This document shows positions 38,809-51,370 of a DNA stretch of 64,000 bases, piece by piece; the first letter of the stretch is position 1; every line of letters starts with the position of its first letter. The DNA is taken from positions 163,494,001 to 163,558,000 of the forward strand of contig NC_086102.1 of assembly GCF_963921235.1 (NCBI RefSeq), in the 5' to 3' direction. This stretch comes from Mobula hypostoma (lineage: Eukaryota). The notes under the pieces are model-generated. The model had not been told where the DNA came from, made no database searches, and saw only the letters and a list, made by a program, of their open reading frames with translations. Position numbers and translations under genes: made by a program.

Positions 38809-39370
38809 AGACCTATCTATCGTAATTAAACAGTTTGATTATATTGTCCACATTAACTTAGCAAGTCTGCCTATGGCCATTAGCAAAGAGTCCCCTACTT
38901 GAAAAGGCGTGTAGAGAAGTTGAGATATAATTTAGGGCATGCATATAAATAAACGAAAAATTACATTACGACTCCATCGCACTTTTCAGAAACCAACCAA
39001 AAATGTTCCATCTATAGACCTAAGCATTATATTTATAGGACCATGGTTTCAGCGTAACTGTAATTAACACGTCAAATCGTGTTCTGATGAACCGTAAAGT
39101 TTTCTCAAATTGCACGAAGACCGTATCATGTCAAATAGCTTAAGTTTTGCCTACTAAGCAAAGTAAGTTGTTAGCCCGGTATTCAATAGAACATTCTTAA
39201 ATAAAAATATTCCTGCTAAGGCAAACGTGCTATTGTTCTTTCAGACAACTATTACGCTAAAACATTGAGAACAGAATTATCGACAATATCCCAGAGTGGA
39301 TAAACAGACTTATTCCACAATCCCCATAATGAAACTCCCACTGGGTCACGTTCGAATTCGTGTTTCACGC

Positions 39371-39642
39371 TCACGAGAAGGTCAGGTTAGTGGTCAGTTC
39401 TCGAATTCGGTTTTCTCTGCTCATTTTCTTCAGCTTCATTCTACGATTTTGAAACCAGATCTTCACTTGTCTATCGGTCAGATTCACGCTCTTACTTATC
39501 TCTAGACGGCGCTCACGAGTCAGATACATATTAAATAAAAATTCTTTCTCTAATTCCAGAGTTTGATGTTTTGTATAAGGACACCTCTTTTTCCTTCCAC
39601 TATTTGCTGTTAGCCAGTTGCTTATCGGAGCTTTGGCCTCTT
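39371..39642 (-). CDS. hoxd10: HoxD10 exon 2 (homeodomain)
   Basis: [97 protein letters not shown] and NLTFS are HoxD10-type. Acceptor at 39644-39643. Confidence 0.96.
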
Positions 39643-40682
39643 CTATCAGAAGTAAGAAACAAGATATGAGATTCTTAACAATTATGCCTCTTACACAATC
39701 CAATGCATTTAAGTCTCAGCGGATACGATTAAAAGCTAAAAAAGCTACACCGTTCGCTGTACGCAGATTGCAACAAATTAATAAGTTAATTACTAATAGG
39801 CAAATTATTAAAACAATACCGATGTTGTTACAATTCTGAAATAAAGCTGATTTAGTAGATAAGACAATATAAAGTATATATTTGGAAAAAGGCAAACAGT
39901 GTTAATTTGTACCGTTTGTGAATCTTAAAATAATTATCTAAGTCAAACAAATACTTTGTATTAGCCCGTGAATTTATTACCTGCGAGCTAAATACAATGC
40001 TATAGGTTACAACGCACCGATAGTTTTTCGCCAATAGATCATTTCTCAACTTCATAACTAAATTTAGTGATTCTTTAGCACTGACAGTACAAATATGATG
40101 ACAGTCACTCTGGAGGTAAATCTTCACATTATACATATCATCGCTGGCTCTTACACCGCAGCTTAATTCGAATTTATGATCATAAATGGCTAGCAATATT
40201 TCAATGCATTTGAATGGAACTTTATCCCATGGGCTATAATATATTTAATATAAAATATATATTATTTAATATAAAATACTTAGGACCACCTGACAATGTT
40301 AACAGAAATTGGCATGCGCCATTCAAACCCCCCCAAATCAGAAATATTGCCAGTAATTCGCATTCATAAAAGGAGGATTTAAGGTGTGCCTGAAAGATTA
40401 ATATATGAATATTTGGTTTTAATAAATATTGTCCATGGTACAGAAAGGTTCGTATAAATACTGTAGGCATCCTCCTATCTGTAGTCGCCTTTACTGTGCC
40501 ATTAACAAATTGCTGGACATTATTGAGCAAACATTTCTTCTGAACGCATAATATGCCTTCTTAAAAAGAATGTAATGGATCACCACCTGCCAAGTATATT
40601 TCTACGATAAAGTTCCGCATTTTAATGTCAGTGTAAGCTTTACAATACTGCTGTATTCGCATTAAATCTTTCAAAAGCTCAC

Positions 40683-41418
40683 CTTCAGCCTCTTTATCCG
40701 ACAGTTCGGAGCCAGACTCGCCTTCTTTAGCGGTTGCATTGGTCTCCCGTGAACTCGGTTTTGGCTCGGGACTTTCTACATATATTCCCTTAATGGATTC
40801 CTGTGCGTTTGGCTTCTCGTTTATTTTCGTCTCCTTTGGAGTCTGGTTGGGCACCTTAAGTTTACCGATGAACCCAGGGCTTGAGTGCGGCACTATACTT
40901 GAACTGATCTCTCCGGCGTGATTATAATCCAGACTCTTTTCCAGTGGGTAAGCCTGACAGAGCCTGAAATAGCCCGGGATGGGAATTTCGGGATTCTCAA
41001 TTGAGCAGCTTTCGGACACCAGCCTGGGATAGGTGGGAACTGCGGCAGAATTGAGTTTGCCTCGCTTATCAGAATTATACATGCAGCAAGTGCTTTCTTC
41101 CTTGATGCTAGTCGGAAAACACGTGGGCATCTGTGGAGTAACAGGTTGCTCAATTCGGCACGGTCTTGAAGGGTCACCCCAACCATCCACCTGAGGTAAA
41201 TACGGATGGACGTTCATATTCATATTTTGGTGGGTAATCTCTCCTCGTTTGGTCATAGTCGGGAGCAGTCCACAAGCCTGCATTCCGTAAGTTCCCATAT
41301 CCGTGCTCGACGGCATGTATAGGGAGCTGCTTGAGTAGAAGCTGTCACCCCTGCAAGCACTAATCAGGGAATCTACTAAAAACGAGTTAGTAGTGGGAGA
41401 GCTATTGGGACAGGACAT
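40683..41418 (-). CDS. hoxd10: HoxD10 exon 1
   Basis: [43 protein letters not shown]. Donor G|GTGAGC at 40682. Spliced length 335 aa. Confidence 0.95.
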
Positions 41419-43342
41419 TCTGGAGAGCAATTTGAAGAAAGCAGAGGATGTCCTTTGTAAGCTGACATCTCTAACAAAATATTCCCTGTGTAATTGTGGA
41501 AGCCTCTGTACAGCCACATGACTACTGAGCCAATGGAATTTGAATGTGGCCTTGAAGCTCTACCTCCCCGTACGTCACATGATCGGCAGGCCGTTGAATT
41601 TGATCTTAACTGCGGTCAACAGCGACACCTACAAAACTAATTCAAATGCGGCTCCCGCTCCTTTTCATTGGAATCTGCGCACAAAGCCCGACTAAAATTC
41701 TTCAACTCATGCGGATATCTCTGCCGCCAACAAGAAAATAGTCAAAGCTCGGGTTTTGTTCCGTTTGCTAGAATTGCAACAGCATTTAAAAAGAAGTCTA
41801 TCGTTAAAAAAAACAATTGCTGAATTGTCTGATTCCCGGGAACCGTACACCTCCTTGCAATGAAACGACTGCAGAGCGGACTTCTGGTACCTTTTGCAGT
41901 TCTGGGAAGCGCGAGGGAGTCCATTGTGTGCGGTCTATTTTATTTTAATGTAGAACCGGGCCGGCCATGCAGTGTTTTTTTTCTTGAACAAGTGTGTCAA
42001 TGAATGGGATCAACATTTCCATCCTTATTGGTATTCACCGGTAGATTGGTTGCTCTTGCGGAAACGTATAATCATGTCACAGCTGCAAATATTTAACGCT
42101 ATTTCATTACAAGGGAATCAAACCTTCATGAGAGGTAAAAACGAAATGCCCGCAGCAGAGATTGGGTCTGCTTCAAAATCCCACCATGGTGGAAATCTGA
42201 TATTTCTATTATACAATATCTGTGCTAGGCCAAATCAATACACACCTTGGGGGTGACAATGCACACTTCTTGGGTGCGAAAATTTACACGGACATTTGAG
42301 GTTTAAGGCTATGGCGGAGGAAGCGTTACATTTGCGATTCTTCTCATTTATTTGTTGGGGCAGGGGACTGACCTTTAATAAAGATAATTGGGAACTGTGC
42401 GTTTATTGCTTTATTCTAAAAACTCTCCCTTAAGGTTAAATTTTTACCACGTCTCCCTGTTGCAGGTCGGTAGTTTCATGAATGATAACGCCTTCCCAAG
42501 TATGAAGAATCTTCTAGGCAAAATATTGTGAAAGATAACAAAAACTCTCTGAATGCTTCTCAGCGCTCGTTGCTTATTGAGTTCAGCTCGACGGGTGCTC
42601 TTGTAGTTTGTATTTCAACTCCTACTAAGTGCTTTTCCGAACTCTTCGTATCTCGCGGCAATTTGCCAAATGACAACTTGCATTGGTAGCTGACTATTGG
42701 GAAAATCTTCTCGGTGGGGACCAGTTAAGGGGGAGCATTCTGACCCCCACATAAAACTAACGGTATTTCCTACTTCACACAAAGAAGTCAGAAGGCGCCA
42801 GTGTCAGGGTCAAGGTTGTCCGTGCCGCGTCGTTTCTTTCATAGTTATAACGCCTAGAAATTGTTTTAGAGCTGTGTAACTTTGTCTTTCGCGAAGCATT
42901 TAAAATTAATTAAATAATGACAGTGAACATTAGTAATTAAATACGTATATACGATCATGTATGTCACACACCAATGGATGCAAATTGTAGCAGATTATCG
43001 GTTGTCGTACACCTACAAATTAATACTTGTGTTATGAATTCTCTCCCCTTTTTTGGCTTCGCTTTGGAATTTTAAATTCGGTGATGGCTATTCCGGCGGT
43101 TATGTCAAGTCAGACAGTTATTCCAACCTCGTTTGTGGCTCCTTCACGCTATATAGCATATTTCACTTAAGCAAAGTGTTTGCAGTGAAACACGATAATC
43201 TGGATCCCGGGGGGCTTATATCTCTCTGAAATAACTCACTGTCCCCAGGAATCAAACCTGGGTGACGGAAAGTTCCAAAAACCATGAAAATGACTCTGAA
43301 GATTGTTGGGCTATTCTTACTTGCGTACAAAATAATATGAAT

Positions 43343-43495
43343 AAGGTTTAAAAGTTCAAAGTAAATTTATTATCGAAGTACATATATGTCACCAAATATA
43401 TTCGTTTTCTTGCTGGCATACTCAGTAAATCTAAGAACCACTATAGAATCATTGAAAGACCGCACCCAATAGGGCGGACAAGCAACCAATGTGAT
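43343..43495 (-). mobile_element. Degenerate retroposon 3' fragment
   Basis: The minus strand ends in aataaatttactttgaacttttaaac, a poly(A) signal plus short-repeat tail of the kind I recognise from abundant shark/ray LINE/SINE 3' ends. Family not assigned. Confidence 0.5.
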
Positions 43496-43751
43496 AAAAT
43501 CCATGTGATGCAAAGGGATCTGTAAGGCACTCAGACGAGATCGGGTATGTCTGGTAATATTGGTAAATTCGTCTTGATAATGTTCATGTAAATTATTGAT
43601 GCTCCCAAGTAAACCTAGTCTTCCAAGCAAGGGCCAAAGGATAGTACTAATTTAAATATTCATTCACCTTAGAGTTTTCGAACTTCGGACGAAAACATGG
43701 AGATTAAAAGTAAATTACAAGGCGAAAACAAATCAATGAGATTTACAGTTC

Positions 43752-43841
43752 CTGTAGATGCTGCCTGGCCTGCTGCGTTCCACCAGCATTTTGTGTGCGT
43801 TGCTTGAATTTCCAGCATCTGCAGATTTTCTCGTGTTTGCA
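43752..43841 (+). mobile_element. 5'-truncated retroelement tail (probably Penelope-like) with 11-bp target-site duplication
   Basis: gatgctgcctggcctgctgcgttccaccagcattttgtgtg...ccagcatctgcagattttctcgtgtttg is flanked by the perfect direct repeat atttacagttc (43741-43751 and 43842-43852). Confidence 0.85.
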
Positions 43842-44374
43842 ATTTACAGTTCACGTCTTTAATGCTTCCTCTGTCATTAATTCGCAAAGAACTCAACCCT
43901 CAAAGTTTGCTCAACTTAAATATCAATGTAGCTAATATGTTAGTAAAATGAAACAGACTGTTTCAACACCACCAAATAAACGTTACGGATACCATTCAGT
44001 AAACACATGGAGAGAGAACGCAGAATATGATACTTAAATTACAGTAATATGCAATAGGAGATTCTCAGCTCATTGCGTACCTTTGCGCGTGGCTCTTTCT
44101 ACATTATCTAATGCCTCTCACTCTCGACGATATTTGGAATCATGGTAACCAAATCAAGCTGACGGTGATCTTGTAAGCATTCAGAAACATGTAAACAACC
44201 AACAGTGTCTTTGGAAGCCCTACGTTTGGAACTAACGCGGCACTATTTTCAGACAGCAGACTCTTCGTGCAGCCTTGAAAGACAGACGTCTTGTGGTCGG
44301 CATAATGCAAAACTGCTTTTAGATACAAATCACTTTGTCAATATTTTACAGCGTTTTCGATGGAAACGATGACT

Positions 44375-44403
44375 TGAACTTAAAGTAGGTCACACAGAGT
44401 TCA
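44375..44403 (+). promoter_or_regulatory. Composite nuclear receptor element (DR5 RARE, RORE and ER6) between HoxD10 and HoxD11
   Basis: TGAACT-taaagt-AGGTCA-cacag-AGTTCA: three consensus half-sites. Confidence 0.75.
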
Positions 44404-47400
44404 GAAGTATTTTCTCCACGAGCTCTTTTCCATCCAATGTAAGGCAACTCGCTGCTTAGTAAAAGCCGTACCTATATTAATACCAGCAACATCTGCTCTA
44501 GCCGCTAAAATGATGCAACGTTTTTTACCGCAATATTACGTAGGATGCGTTATAATATATTGGTGCATGCATGTGAATATATTTCAGTTATGAATGACCA
44601 TGTAGAAATCTTGTTATATTTCTGTGTATATTTATTATTTATTTCCAACTTTATTATTTTACTATCATTAGCAAAACTAATAGTAGCGGATTACTGTGTG
44701 ATCAGACTTTAAATTCCTTCGTAGTAATCGTCAAAGTTTGTTTGTCAACTAAACAAATTAACTTACTGTTTTCAAGAAGTTCTGATTGATATACGATAAC
44801 TGTTAATTTCAATGAACTCAAATAAAATTGTGTCTGTAAACCAGTATCCGAAAATCTCCCGTATGATAAAAAAACTCATAAAATAAAACGAGTACAGTCG
44901 CACTGAAATTAATGACTATGTATTCTTTGAAATATAAAGTGTCCTTGTAGGCAAGGGAGATTATTATAGGATTAAACTACGGTTATCATTTGGGTATATC
45001 ACCCGACGTGAAGCCAAGTTTTAGCAAAGGATTTTTTGTTGTGTTAGCAGAGTCGAGATAGTAGGGTGACTGATTGGTCTCCGAATGATACTTCCATGTT
45101 TAATAACGTAGTTATAAGCTGTTTATGGCAGAAATGTAACTCTTTAAATTGGTTCTAATGACGGAGCTTAATTAAAACCTCGTAATATTTTAAAGCACTA
45201 ATGTGGAATGTGTTTTGCTGGAAGGATTTTATATAATAGTAACTAGATGGGTATATAGTTAAGCGGAAACAGGGAGAGAACTATATTAAGTTTCAATATG
45301 AGTCCTCATTCTCCCCCATTGACTGTAATGCGCCGCCTATAACAGTTTTCCTTAATAAAATGTTCTCTAAAAATGCTGATCGTGCGATTTTAAATCATTG
45401 CAATCATTTAATCAAATAAAATTGTTTTGATTTCATTAATTAGCATATTGTTCCTATCAATTTTGGAGGCTCGCATTCCTCTTTATTTCCCCATTAGTCT
45501 AGCTGATGTGGTCCTATGGCCCAAACGCTGCCAGCCATTTGTATGCTTCAGTTTTACCTTGACTCGTTGAGCATTTCCTACAAGCATATCTCGAAGTTAA
45601 AGATTATTAGCACAATTAGCATGCCGCCAGTTTAACCCTGGGCTTTCTTCAGATAAATGGAGAAAGGATTCTGAAAACAATCCTTTTATCAGAATATCTC
45701 TTAAACGTCAGGACAAAATGAACGTTAAGCTTTCGTCAGTGACACCTCAGTTGCATTTAGCAAACTTTCCTCTACTGTTACCACCTGTACATAATTCGGA
45801 AATATTTTTGTTCATCGAATGTTTGCAGTTAAATTGTGTCTGAAAGCCAATTTATCGTGTATACGGCCGCCGCTTTCATTATGCTTGGCTTCAAATTGCG
45901 AATTACTAACAACACAACTCTTCATATTTAAATCACTTCACTCCTTGCCACATTAAATAAACATTTGCGATTTTTGCTATCACCAAACAATCAAGGAAAC
46001 ATGTAGACAAATGTTGCTACTAGAGAATTAACTTTCCTGCGTTTCGAATGATAGACGTCCACGCAATTTGGCCTTGTTTAATCCGAGTAAACCGCACGCA
46101 GGTTTTTAAAATGACCTTCTAAAATGTACAGGCAGACAAAACAAGCTGCTTTATAACAGTTTCTCGTCATTTTAAACAAATATGAAGGTGAAACTATGCG
46201 AGAACAATGGAATCGAAAAATCTTCCAACAAAACGGGACTAAAATGTACGATCATATCTACTAGACATCTACTAGGAAAGAACTCGCCAGTTTCGCCATG
46301 AGAAAAGGAATCAAGGTCAGAATCTTAGGCTCCGTAGCGTAGATCGAGCGTGAAAAGCATATTTAATCAATGAATAGATATTATCGGATCTGGAGAGGGT
46401 ATTATTACTGATTACTCTGATCAACCATTATCTATTAAGTAAGTTTCCAATATGGGCAAATCCAATGCGAGAAAAAGAATACATCCTTGTTTAGAAAATA
46501 GATTACAAATTTCTAAAACCATACTTGTTTTCAAAGAGATGAAGATTTCACACATGAATATGTACAGAGGTTATGCGTTTGATTCTATTTGAACATTTCA
46601 TAGAATATAAAAAGAATTATTTCAGTCATTGTAACAAATATTGTTTGTCTCCTATTGTCAGTGAGATGTTTTCATTGCTAACGCGTGTTTGGTGCGGTAT
46701 TTCCACTTATGCAAAGGAAGAAAGGGATTTGGGGACAAAAACTGCTTATTCTTTCTTCTTTTAACGAAACGAATATAATGGTTAAACATAACCCCATTAT
46801 CCAGTCAGTACAAACTGAAATTTTAGATGAAATTCATCACTATTTATTTAATAATTTTGTAAAACACTCTGGATTGCAGGGGACTCTAAGGCGGGATCCT
46901 GGAAAAACAGAAATTAGAAAGCACTCGTTTAATATGTCTGCTGCCTTTTCAACCAGCCATATCGGGGTATATGAATCATTGTTTAGCATTTATCTGTTCG
47001 ATGCAACAGTTTCCACGTTTTGCTAAATTGTCCTCACTGGAAATTCAAATTAACAGTGTTAGGTTGTCTTTGCACATTCACAATTATTATGTGAAATTGT
47101 TAGACAAATAACCGTCCAAGTTTGAATCTGGGCACGCTACAAAGCCTTTGTTTCGGCCCCATGAATGTAACTTCCACACATCTTCATCCATAACCTTATC
47201 AAGCAGCTTAACAAATAACTGAGTAAAATTTTATATATCTCTCCAAATAACACTCATGAATATTTTATGAAAAAAATATATGTTGTATTCGCTACCATTA
47301 TAACGTAAAGGTTTATTTTCTTCGAAGCGAGCAATTAATTTAACTAGTGAAACAAATCGCAGTTTACCATTGTGATGAACTCCCTTGTATTTAGCTAACT

Positions 47401-47555
47401 AGAATTTTCTTCGGACTGCTGCTCCAGATATCTGGCGGCAACGGGAAGAGCTATGCCGCTTTAGGCTTAACATGATTTCGGTTAATTTCATGTTCATCCC
47501 CGAAAGCCATGGCCACAGACATCGACTGTAAGTCCGGTCTTGGTTCTGAGCTGCA

Positions 47556-47571
47556 GAGCGCCCCCGTGTGG
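47556..47571 (-). promoter_or_regulatory. CTCF-like motif
   Basis: Minus strand CCACACGGGGGCGCTC, close to the CTCF core consensus. Confidence 0.6.
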
Positions 47572-49824
47572 TTCTTTATAAGCAACCATCTAGGCAATGT
47601 TAAGAATACACAGTAAATTTCGCTCGCTGGTCTGTCGTATTTTAATTTCAGCTTAATCTAATCATATATGACTTACTGAATTAAGACATGCAAAGAATAA
47701 TAATTGACCAAAATTATACGTTATAAGGATAGAGAAAATGTCTAAGGGTTAGATTGACGTTGAAAATTTCACCCACAAAGTCGTAAATCACATTTTCGCC
47801 CATTTCTATGGAAACCATGACCCTCGCGGATGATTGGCGTAGTGTACAGGCATACGATGAATATTTCAGTCCGTATGCAAGTAAACTATACCGAGGTTAA
47901 GAATAAGAGCAAAAGGATAGTTATATTTACTGTATGTTGCATGCCAACTTTGAAGAGTATTGTCGAATGTATTCTTTAGAATACACAAATTCACGGCGAT
48001 AACAGAGAATAGGCTCGCATTTTACTGGTTGACTTTTATGCTCGCGCACTGCAGTAGAATGTTATAAATATTGGGGTTTCTGTTTTACATTGATAGGGAA
48101 GTTGTAAGGACAACCCAACAGCCACCAGGCGCCTATGTCTTCATAAAGGTTAAAGGCGTTGACCTTGACATTATAGAAGTTCAAAGGCAACGTTATAAGC
48201 ACCCTCTTCACGAAATATGCTTTAGCATGCTCTCGAGACGATGCCACTTTCTGTGCGTTATCCAGGTCTTCCTTACTTTCAGCAGATTACTCCGACTAAG
48301 TTATGTAGGATTTTGTTTTCCTTACATTTTTTCCAAATATCACACGTTATAGATGTAACTGGCTTTCTGCGTTCTTTCTTTTTCAAATTATCTAGACGAT
48401 CCTATTTACTTCGATTTCCTACGATCCTTTTCTTTCATATAGAATGCGGAAGGCTATCTTAGTGACTAGAAGGTGCAATAAGTCGCCATTAAGCTGTTTC
48501 GAGTAGTGAACTTTACGATGTTGTCTAGACAGTTCAAGGTTCTGTAAACAACAATGCTATGTCATGCGGCAGGGAAATTTGGCAATTCTTTTTCGAAGAG
48601 TTTTGTGAAGCTTTACTTGCTCTTCTAAGTCTCCGTGGTGAGCTTCAGGTTATCGAAACTTATTAAGCAGTTAAGCCTTTATTATGCATTTATCCCTTTT
48701 GCAAACTTTGCATATACGCTGCTACTTGTCTTTAATTATTCACAAGTGGTTCAAATAGATCTGTTAATTAATTTCCAGGTGCTAAATGGAAATAATATTA
48801 CTTCCAGTATTCAAATTCAAATGAAACTGCGTATTGTGCATATAATCAAAGCAAAACTTTAGTTTAACTCAAAGATTTACATCTGTAGTAGAAATTTTTA
48901 TTTGGGTGCGTTTATGTTTCCATTTTGTATCAAGGCTATATCACAAATGGTTGTTGCCATAGATGTGAAACTAAGGAACCAGGTATAACATGCTGAAAAT
49001 AGACGATTAGGCAACCTAAATTATATTTTCGATTTCCACTGTTTCCCCAATGATCTAATATGGTGCAATATTTGGTTCCCGATGTATTTCAGAACCCAAT
49101 AATAATGGTGAGGTTTGAATGTGGACTTGAGAACCATTTGCGTCGGATTTGTCCATAAAAATGCAAATGGTCATTTCTTTTTAAAATGTTTTATTTGAAA
49201 GATTTTGAATAATATTTTTATTCATTTGTAAATAAAAGGTATCCTATCGCATGCATTTAACATGAAATGTCAACTAGTGTGTAACTCGGAAACATTATTC
49301 TTAATATCACGTTTCCTTCAAACGTCCCTATCTACAGTATATTAACTCATGATATAATGTAGAAAGATAAAGTAATAAATACGTGTTTTCTTTCCATCAG
49401 AATACACAACTTAAACAGTTCTGGTTAGTTTGCCTATACAATTACTAAAAGAAGAAATGGAACATATTATCTTGTCTGATTGACCCATCGCTATGAACTA
49501 ACAATATACTATTTTAGCCTTCAATTACCTCCGTTTATTGTTGAAAATGAAATGCTTTTTTATCTTCCCTGAATGTCCCGCAGAATTGAGCTTCTTCCTT
49601 TGGAACAGAATAACATCAATGCGGAGGTAAGAACGTTCCCTAATTAATATTGCGCCCATGTTGTCTGCACGACCGTGTCACCCCAAATCCAATTCTATGT
49701 CAATCGTTTAACCTGTTTTCCACATCAGAAGAGCAAAACTGGTCCATCAAACCTGCAGCCCCTCCTTGTGTAAATAAATATTGGCTAAGGCAGTGAAGAT
49801 TCGGCCAAAGGGAATCCATCACAG

Positions 49825-50057
49825 TCACAATAAAGGATTACCAGTAAAAAAGTGCAGGCGGTCTCTGCTAAGTTTCTTTTCTTTCATTCTCCGATTCTGG
49901 AACCATATTTTGACTTGTCGGTCGGTGAGGTTTAGCATTCTCGACAATTGCAAACGTTTTTCTTTGTTTATGTAGACATTGAAGAAAAATTCTCGCTCAA
50001 GTTCCCGGATTTGATATTTGGTATACGGACATCTTTTCTTTCTGGATCGCTGAGCAG
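49825..50057 (-). CDS. hoxd11: HoxD11 exon 2 (homeodomain)
   Basis: [76 protein letters not shown]. Acceptor ccccatcAG at 50059-50058. Confidence 0.96.
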
Positions 50058-50591
50058 CTGATGGGGAAAGATTAAAAAATGTTACAAATAATCTTATACA
50101 CATAAACGCCTTTATTTTATTGTACCAAATTAAGCTCACTGCGAAATGGTGTAAAACCAGGCGGTGCTATTGGGTTATACACCGCTGCCACAAATTAATC
50201 TTCATAAAGAGGTTTAATGAATATATTTAATCATGTTTTAATTAATTTCTTGTACAGCGATATTAATTTTGAAAGTAAAGGAACAAATCCCGAATTAAGT
50301 TTTGTTTTATATGCACGAGCAAATGGATACGAAAACAACAGAAATAACTACTGAACAAATTAGAATGTGGTACAGAAATCATTGCAGAACTTAAAATCGA
50401 GTATTCATGATTTTGCATATTCAAAAAAAAAGCCCACCTAAACTGGTTTCCCATCGTAAACAAGCATTATAGCTTTATAGGATCTTATAGGGTATATAAA
50501 ATCCTGCGTCTGCTTATAAAATTTCACATAAAATCTGTGAGACAAAATGTGTTGGCCCTATATTCTAACCCTGCGTTACCACTGCACCTAC

Positions 50592-51195
50592 TGGATAGGC
50601 TGTTTTTGTCGGCCGCACTGTTACCCGACGACTCGCCGAGGTTCTTTTCCGTTGTACCTCCTTTCGTCTGCCCCATAGAAACTTTATCAGATGTTGTAAT
50701 ACTCTGACACGTAGACACGGGCTTTTCGATCAACTGTTCATAATTAGTAGAGTCAGAAATCCCATAGGCTGTCTCAAAGAACTGATCAAAACCTTGCGGG
50801 AGTATTCCATTCCTGCCAACAGTGGTGTAGAAATTACAAGATGGATTTGAGCTTGCACGCTGACTGTATACATTATCATTTTTAAACAACATTCCCGTTC
50901 TGGCCGGTGGCTGCATGTATTCTCTGTGCATTATCTCTTCTGCAGAGCAGCAAGGAGCACAGTTGCTCCTGTAGTGCCACTTTGTCGGATGTTCTAGCCC
51001 GTACTCTCTGAACGACACTTCTCGAACAGGTTGAACCTGAGCTAAATTAGATGAATAAGGAAATGTCATTTGGCAAGAAGTTGTCTGCGGTAAGAACGAT
51101 GACACTGCCGAGAAATCTGGGGCTGAAACATAGTACGTGCAGCTGGGCAGATACATGCTCGAGTTGCAGCCACCGCGGTCTTCAAACTCAGTCAT
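50592..51195 (-). CDS. hoxd11: HoxD11 exon 1
   Basis: MTEFEDRG..MYLPSCTYYVS..QVQPVREVSFREY..GRNGILPQGFDQFFETAY. Donor A|GTAGGT at 50591, with an alternative in-frame G|GTAACG at 50579. Spliced length 278 aa. Confidence 0.93.
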
Positions 51196-51314
51196 GTTTT
51201 GTTTTCGTGGTTTCGAGAACGAATTATCGGGATTGATAGCGTTAAACATGCTCCATCTATTCTACTCTAAAGGCGTATGAACGGGTCGGCGGACGAGAAA
51301 AAAATTGGAAACGT

Positions 51315-51370
51315 AAGCTGACGTGCAATTCATCTTGATTGATTCTAAGGGTAAACGAGTCATGTGATCC
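51315..51370 (-). promoter_or_regulatory. Conserved Hox11 promoter block
   Basis: gctgacgtgcaattcatcttgattgattct contains a CRE-like site and a Pbx TGATTGAT site, followed by gtcatgtga. Confidence 0.6.

Noticed and set aside
39084-39110. CTGATGA hammerhead-like core (also near 15213, 20091 and 57080)
   Set aside because: No stem II with GAAA or closing helices could be built.
34900-39300. miR-196 gene between Hox9 and Hox10
   Set aside because: No match to the mature sequence or hairpin seen on the minus strand, consistent with HoxD clusters generally lacking miR-196.
42469-42480. 12-nt match GGTAGTTTCATG to miR-196
   Set aside because: Partial, on the strand opposite to cluster transcription, with no pairing arm and not in an annotated UTR; probably chance.
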